Source: a virus (Duplodnaviria; Heunggongvirae; Uroviricota; Caudoviricetes). Taken from it: DNA of 19,602 nucleotides. This document shows positions 14,629 to 19,602 of this stretch, one piece after another. The position numbers and the translations under genes are program-made. The notes beneath the pieces were generated by a model. The model made no database searches and had not been told where the DNA came from. It saw only the letters and a program-made list of their open reading frames with translations. Where the stretch lies: positions 1 to 19,602 of the IMG/VR virus record IMGVR_UViG_648276650_000010; one strand, 5' to 3'. Within the stretch, counting starts at the first letter, position 1, and every line of letters begins with the position of its first letter.

Positions 14629-16533
14629 TTAGGCTTGTTTTTCGTGCAGGAACAGACGATCATCAGCACAAACTTTCCAATCGATATCAGCCCAAACGCG
14701 AGGAACGATAGCGCCTTTGTTACGGTAAGTTGTGTCGTCTAGGTCAAGAGCAAGACCTTCCCACTCAGCTACGGTTACAGCAGAGAAGTCACCAGAGATA
14801 ACCTGACCTTCTTTAACAAGACCGGAACCGATAACATCATGTCCGCCCAGTTTGTTCAGGTCGTCGATGATATAACCAGCAACACCAGCGTCACGCAGAG
14901 TGGTTTTCAAATCACCTTCAAGAGCAGCAGCCATCAAATATTTGAACTTGTCCATTGCTACGCCGTCGCCTTTAGCTTTAGCAGCTTCAACAACGAATTC
15001 TTTGTAGGTCATTCCCATCTGTTTTGCTACTAACTGAGCAACGATAGACTGAGGAGCTTTTGCGTCGGTAATAGAACCGAACATCAGACCTTCCAGTTTA
15101 GCGCGTGAGAAATTCACGATATGGTCAGAAATGAACGCACCCAGATTAGGCAGAGTCAACAGAGCTTGACGAGAAATCGGGTTACCACCAGTAAATGTCT
15201 TAGGCATAAACTGAATGTTTTCGAATTTGCTTTCGCCTTCTGGAGATTCACCGTTTTCATCAACGAAACCGAATGCATCAACACTTGATTTTGTCTGCTT
15301 AGGAACAGAAATCGGAGTAGTCAGACCAGTCAGGAAGTTAACTCCCAGCTTATCAGCAACAGTGTCTTTCAACAGCATTTCAACGAATGAATCATAACGC
15401 TGAACAGTTTCTTGTACTGCGGAAACAGTTGATACAGTGTTAATAGCGCGTTTGCCTTGCAGAGCACTAACTGGCATATAGATACCTTGAGAAACGTTAG
15501 CACCGCGCATCAGACGCTTACGGGACATTTCTTGAGTATATTCAGCAGCAGCACCGCGAACAGCTTTACCATTCATCATAGAGCGAACAGCATCGCCAAG
15601 GTCGAATTTATTTTCCAGAGTTTGTTTAGTATCTTTAGTCATGTTGCGAATCACCGTTGCAGATTTATTAGGTTTAATAGAGCGTTTGAATTGACGTGCG
15701 GTCATGCCTTTAGCGATAGCGCTTGCAACGTCTTTCTGTGCTACTTTGTAGCGTTGTGCGATTTCAAGAATTTCTTCCGCTTCTTCTTCGCGTTCTTCTT
15801 CTGTCAGTTCGTCACCAGCAGGAACAGCAGCAGGAGCGTCATCAGTTTTTTCAACAGCAGAATCACCAGCGTTTTCATTTTCAACGACTACTTCTTCCAG
15901 AATTTCTTCACGCTTTGCACGATCTTCATCGGACAGCATTTCAATTTCATCGATAGTCATTTCTGCCAGTTCATCTTTAGTCATTTCATCAATACGTTTC
16001 ATTCGAGTACCTTTGTTAAGTTTGTTTGTTGTATCTGTATTTAGTAGTCTTCCCAAACCGACTTTATCGTCAGCAGGAACAGTGACGAAAGAAATTTCAT
16101 ATGGTGCCCATTTCGTAACAATAAGATTGTCGCCTTCTAAGTGATATTCATTAATGTCATATCCGAAAGAGATTTTACTAATTGTTCCTTCTTGAACTTT
16201 TGCACCGATTTCTTTAGCTAATTCACCGTGTTGACTGAATTGGACTTTTGCTCGTCCTATTTTGTCTTCATCGATTCGAACAGAATCAGGAATAACGATT
16301 CCCAAGTGTTTATCAAAATCATGGTTAAACAGCAAAGCAGCACCGTTATTAATTCGGGTCAAGTCAGCGTTATGTGAGCCGTCATGAACGAGAATTTCAT
16401 TAACAGTAATGTTTTGACCGTATTCATCCTGAATCTGTCTTTCAACAGGAGTTTCAGAACTGAACGCAATTTCAAAAACACCATCAACAGAATCAATACC
16501 CTGAACTGTGTAATCGCGCTTAAGTTTTAGCAT
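14629..16533 (-). CDS. fused prohead protease / scaffold-like linker / HK97-fold major capsid protein, 634 aa
   Basis: ATG at 16533-16531 with a GAGGA SD. Residues ~1-177 carry the prohead protease signature (ISFGYDINEYHLEGDNLIVTKWAPYEISFVTVPAD, as in HK97-type U35/S78 proteases). Residues ~178-270 are acidic and helical (DELTEEEREEEAEEILE). The C-terminal ~360 aa look like an HK97-type capsid protein. An in-frame internal ATG with SD lies at 16002-16000 (M178). Confidence 0.8.
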   Translation of the reverse strand: MLKLKRDYTVQGIDSVDGVFEIAFSSETPVERQIQDEYGQNITVNEILVHDGSHNADLTRINNGAALLFNHDFDKHLGIVIPDSVRIDEDKIGRAKVQFSQHGELAKEIGAKVQEGTISKISFGYDINEYHLEGDNLIVTKWAPYEISFVTVPADDKVGLGRLLNTDTTNKLNKGTRMKRIDEMTKDELAEMTIDEIEMLSDEDRAKREEILEEVVVENENAGDSAVEKTDDAPAAVPAGDELTEEEREEEAEEILEIAQRYKVAQKDVASAIAKGMTARQFKRSIKPNKSATVIRNMTKDTKQTLENKFDLGDAVRSMMNGKAVRGAAAEYTQEMSRKRLMRGANVSQGIYMPVSALQGKRAINTVSTVSAVQETVQRYDSFVEMLLKDTVADKLGVNFLTGLTTPISVPKQTKSSVDAFGFVDENGESPEGESKFENIQFMPKTFTGGNPISRQALLTLPNLGAFISDHIVNFSRAKLEGLMFGSITDAKAPQSIVAQLVAKQMGMTYKEFVVEAAKAKGDGVAMDKFKYLMAAALEGDLKTTLRDAGVAGYIIDDLNKLGGHDVIGSGLVKEGQVISGDFSAVTVAEWEGLALDLDDTTYRNKGAIVPRVWADIDWKVCADDRLFLHEKQA

Positions 16534-16548
16534 TACCAGTCCTCTGTT

Positions 16549-16580
16549 GGAGCGTCTTTCGACGCTCTTTGTTTTTCTGA
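16549..16580. promoter_or_regulatory. stable stem-loop in the portal-capsid intergenic region, terminator-like only in plus orientation
   Basis: GAGCGTC (16550-16556), loop TTTC, GACGCTC (16561-16567), followed on plus by TTTGTTTTT. On the minus-strand mRNA it forms a GAAA-loop hairpin 17 nt upstream of the capsid SD with no U-tract after it. Confidence 0.45.
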
Positions 16581-16592
16581 ATGTATTTAGTG

Positions 16593-18143
16593 TTATTCCA
16601 CCGAGTTATCCGAATTAATTTCAGCAACTTCCACTTGAGCATCAGCCGTTAATGCAGCAGGTGCAGCAGCAACTTTAATTTGATTATCGTATTTCGGAAC
16701 ATAACGAGTTCTTTCTTGTTCAACCTGAGCAAATACAATATCCGGGTCTTCACCGCGAGCAATAATAATATCAGAAGCAGATTTGAATCCGTTTTCAACA
16801 TCAAAAATATCCTTCTGAGTATCTTTAATTGGGTCGATACTTTGCCATTGAGGATATGTCCAAACAGTCTGACGAAGAACTGAAGGAATAGTTGTCATTT
16901 TCAAATTAACGGTTTCTCTGATAATTGACCATTGTAACCAACGTTCAAAAATAACATCAAAAACCTGTTCTTTAATATTACGCTGAACTGATTTAAACAT
17001 TACGCGTTGTGCAAGATCACCGAAGCGGGCAGCAGAATAGTTAATATTTGCTGTGTCACCTTTCCAACCTTGTTTGTAAAAACCGTAACCCATAGCAAGC
17101 AGGTCTTCCAGACGATTCGTGAAGTTCATAAAGTCGTCACCGCCCTGAGTAGAGCTAAACTGCTTTATATCGTAACCAGCAGGAAGTTTATGAATTGTCC
17201 CTGATTCAAAGTTTTGAATAACATCAGGAGATTCTTCAATGCCTTCGTTATCGCTATCAATTTCGATATTATCTTGACCGTCTTTGTCTTGAGTGATGAA
17301 ACCCATAGAGCTTGCTGCGGCGCGTTTCTGAATCAACGTTGCTTTTGTGAAAGCATCATATTGGTTCATAACATCAATATTCGCTACACATTCAGGAATG
17401 CCTCTGCGTTGATCAGGGAACAATTCTCTGTAATAGTGAATAATATTTTCAGCGTCGATACCTTCAGATTTACCAGATGAAGTCTGTGTTGCTTTGCTTA
17501 TTGTGTTAAACCAGTAACGAACTGGAACATCATCGTTATTATATTCGATACCATCAAGAACATAACCGTTGTCGGAGGTTTCTCTGTCGCCAAATTTACA
17601 GCGTGAAGCTTCGATAATTTCAAGCTTAAATTCAGTATCAGATTCGTGAATACGAATAAAAACCTCGCCGTCAACAAATCTTGAACGTTCAACGAGTTCT
17701 TGAAATCTGCGCCAGTTCATTCTTTCATTTTTACTGAAACGTTTTGCTGAACTTGACCAATAGCTGAACTGGTCCATAATCATAGAGTTCAGTTTCTTGC
17801 TTGGCTTTCCGTTTGTTCCCAGAATACGCAATTGTGGGTTAATACCTTCACCGATAACGTTATCAACTTGATATTGAACAGCACGTTTACCAACTGGTGT
17901 ATTAATCGAAAGAGTTCGAGACATATTACGAATGCCATCGGCATAAGTTCGAATCTCGTTATTAATCGTTGCAGTCGTAATCAGGTTCTCTTGAAAGTCG
18001 CCATCTAAACGGTCAGTTCGAGGACCAAGAATACGCTGTAACTGTGAGCCATATGCTTGCTCGTTATCAATTACCAGTTTCTGTTTCTGTTTACGTGTTT
18101 TCGGTTCTGCTTTTTTAAATGTGAAAAAATCTCTAATACTCAT
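16593..18143 (-). CDS. portal protein, lambda gpB-like, 516 aa
   Basis: ATG at 18143-18141 overlaps the upstream stop (ATGA). Size, position between the terminase/W-like genes and the protease-capsid gene, and overall sequence character fit a lambda-type portal. Confidence 0.85.
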   Translation of the reverse strand: MSIRDFFTFKKAEPKTRKQKQKLVIDNEQAYGSQLQRILGPRTDRLDGDFQENLITTATINNEIRTYADGIRNMSRTLSINTPVGKRAVQYQVDNVIGEGINPQLRILGTNGKPSKKLNSMIMDQFSYWSSSAKRFSKNERMNWRRFQELVERSRFVDGEVFIRIHESDTEFKLEIIEASRCKFGDRETSDNGYVLDGIEYNNDDVPVRYWFNTISKATQTSSGKSEGIDAENIIHYYRELFPDQRRGIPECVANIDVMNQYDAFTKATLIQKRAAASSMGFITQDKDGQDNIEIDSDNEGIEESPDVIQNFESGTIHKLPAGYDIKQFSSTQGGDDFMNFTNRLEDLLAMGYGFYKQGWKGDTANINYSAARFGDLAQRVMFKSVQRNIKEQVFDVIFERWLQWSIIRETVNLKMTTIPSVLRQTVWTYPQWQSIDPIKDTQKDIFDVENGFKSASDIIIARGEDPDIVFAQVEQERTRYVPKYDNQIKVAAAPAALTADAQVEVAEINSDNSVE

Positions 18144-18634
18144 GATGGATTCGTGAACCTCGCTTTAATAGTAACAATCGGAGATTTACCGTTTGCCATT
18201 TGTTCTGACTTAATCAGATTTGCTAAGTTAGCTAAAAGTCGTTTTCGAGCCATAAGCAGCGAATCAAGCGTTTCATAAACGAATGATTTACCGTTAATAC
18301 TCATTTGTTGAATAGCTTCTTCGTTACTTGTCAGACGATACTGAATAACTGTATCGATATCGTTAATCATTTCTCTGAGTTGTTCTCTTTTCGTTTTTGA
18401 AACGAATGGTGATTTCACTTTGATAATGCTGTTACTGATAAGCGCACCTTCATAGAGAACAACAACAGAAAAAGTTCCTTCGATAAAATCTGATGTGTCC
18501 ACCGAGATATTCGCTGGACAATCAGTTTGAGAAAACAATTTAGTTTCAGTTGAGCCTATGGAGACTGTTGCACCTTCAGGATTATAAACAGCGAGTTTTT
18601 CACCGATGTAAATTTCTGAATTTGATTTTTGCAT
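18140..18634 (-). CDS. gpW-like head-tail joining protein with ~85-aa N-terminal extension, 164 aa
   Basis: ATG at 18634-18632 with a GGAGAA SD; lies between terminase and portal as lambda W does. The C-terminal ~75 aa (INGKSFVYETLDSLLMARKRLLANLANL...) resemble lambda gpW ([23 protein letters not shown]...) as recalled. The N-terminal beta-rich half has no counterpart in 68-aa gpW. Confidence 0.55.
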   Translation of the reverse strand: MQKSNSEIYIGEKLAVYNPEGATVSIGSTETKLFSQTDCPANISVDTSDFIEGTFSVVVLYEGALISNSIIKVKSPFVSKTKREQLREMINDIDTVIQYRLTSNEEAIQQMSINGKSFVYETLDSLLMARKRLLANLANLIKSEQMANGKSPIVTIKARFTNPS

Positions 18635-18654
18635 TGAGTTCTCCTTTCTTATAT

Positions 18655-19602
18655 TTATAATCCGAAACCACGAGGCTTATTAACTGGTCTGTTTCGTTTG
18701 ATAATGTTTCGACGAGGTTCATGAGTTTGAATAACAGGAGAATTTGTTTCGTTTTGTTCTTCTGGCATTTCAATATCAGATTTAGCAGCGAGTTTCCTCC
18801 ACTCGTGAAATTTGATTTTCTCTAGAACTTGCAGACGCGCGCAATAACCGTAGTTAAAGCAGTCAAGACCTTCGTTACGAACACCGCCTTGTTTAATAAC
18901 CCATCTAACAGTATTACCAGAGCGTTTTAATTCTTCGGACATAAGCTGTTCGCAGTAATCATCTGGAACATCATCAGAGATTTCGACTCTGACTGGTGTA
19001 TTTCCAGATTTCACGCTTCTGTTTAGCAGTTCACGAACTAAGTTTTTTCCTTGGTTTACACCAATCATATAAAGTTCATAACCACCGGTTTTCGTGATTT
19101 TCGTTGGAACATAAGGGGCATCAACAGAGCTGGCACCTTTAATTGCTTTCAGGTTTGTCCACTGAGAGCAGAAACGATAGATTGTTTTAGTTGCTCGACC
19201 GTTTGAGCTATCGACGTTCACCCACGCTAAAGGAACCTTTCTTCCCAAAGCTGTTCTGAACGGTGCTTTAACGTATGCAAGAAGTTCTTTATAAGCAGGG
19301 GAATCGATAACCTCAGCGTTCATTGTCATAAAGCTACGATGTGCAAGAATATAAACGGTTCGTTCGTTGTGACCCATCAAGGTTACTTCTAAACGGTCTT
19401 GCTGTTGGTCAACCCCAGCGGTTAAAAACAACGTGTCTTCTGGTATATTGCTGATGCCGATATTCGTCTTGAGTGTTTCTAATTTACTAACCTCAATGTC
19501 TTCGTTTAAATCATCAAACGGTAGACCAAGAACAGTGTTATAAAACGTTGACAAGCTGAACGTTTGCCATGCTGACCTGCCCCCAGGATTAGATACAACC
19601 GT
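18655..19602 (-). CDS. terminase large subunit, C-terminal part (5'-truncated by the window edge)
   Basis: The frame is open from the window edge at 19602; the ORF-track start at 19554 is a TTG and probably internal. Stop TAA at 18657-18655. Sequence character fits the C-terminal nuclease domain of a lambda gpA-type terminase. Confidence 0.85.
   Translation of the reverse strand, partial: TVVSNPGGRSAWQTFSLSTFYNTVLGLPFDDLNEDIEVSKLETLKTNIGISNIPEDTLFLTAGVDQQQDRLEVTLMGHNERTVYILAHRSFMTMNAEVIDSPAYKELLAYVKAPFRTALGRKVPLAWVNVDSSNGRATKTIYRFCSQWTNLKAIKGASSVDAPYVPTKITKTGGYELYMIGVNQGKNLVRELLNRSVKSGNTPVRVEISDDVPDDYCEQLMSEELKRSGNTVRWVIKQGGVRNEGLDCFNYGYCARLQVLEKIKFHEWRKLAAKSDIEMPEEQNETNSPVIQTHEPRRNIIKRNRPVNKPRGFGL

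Noticed and set aside
15457-16044. 195-aa plus-strand ORF (and the nested 15723-15956 ORF)
   Set aside because: Lies entirely antisense to the protease-capsid gene, has no SD, and translates to a low-complexity Phe/Ser/Cys-rich sequence typical of an antisense reading of an AT-rich gene.
1-19602. tRNA genes, integrase or attachment site, transposase or IS elements
   Set aside because: Intergenic spaces are all under 60 nt and filled by SD elements or terminator hairpins; no ORF shows recombinase or transposase motifs. Prophage versus free phage cannot be decided from this window.

Overview
The window is one co-directional (all minus-strand) morphogenesis module of a tailed phage or prophage, apparently AT-rich, with about 20 tightly packed genes and no convincing plus-strand genes. 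Read in the direction of transcription (high to low coordinate): terminase large subunit (C-terminal part, cut by the window edge at 19602), a gpW-like protein with an N-terminal extension, portal, a single ORF fusing prohead protease, acidic scaffold-like linker and HK97-fold major capsid protein, two neck proteins (one gpU-like), a gpV-like major tail protein, a long tail fiber with a C-terminal intramolecular-chaperone domain, a stand-alone 158-aa gene bracketed by terminators, a 138-aa Cys/His protein coupled to a 1229-aa lambda-J-like tip protein, a five-gene accessory cassette (membrane coiled-coil protein, T4 endonuclease VII-like nuclease with degenerate Zn site, small membrane protein, basic 180-aa protein, 105-aa protein), then a G / G-T chaperone pair with a -1 frame overlap and a 799-aa tape measure protein whose stop codon is at positions 1-3. 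Four intrinsic-terminator-like hairpins split the module into at least five transcription units. I saw no rRNA, tRNA, CRISPR array, integrase or transposase. All family assignments come from reading the translated ORFs (motifs, composition, synteny, and alignments recalled from memory), not from a database search. The best candidate for something undescribed is the accessory cassette at 3163-4954, embedded between the J-like gene and the chaperone/TMP genes.
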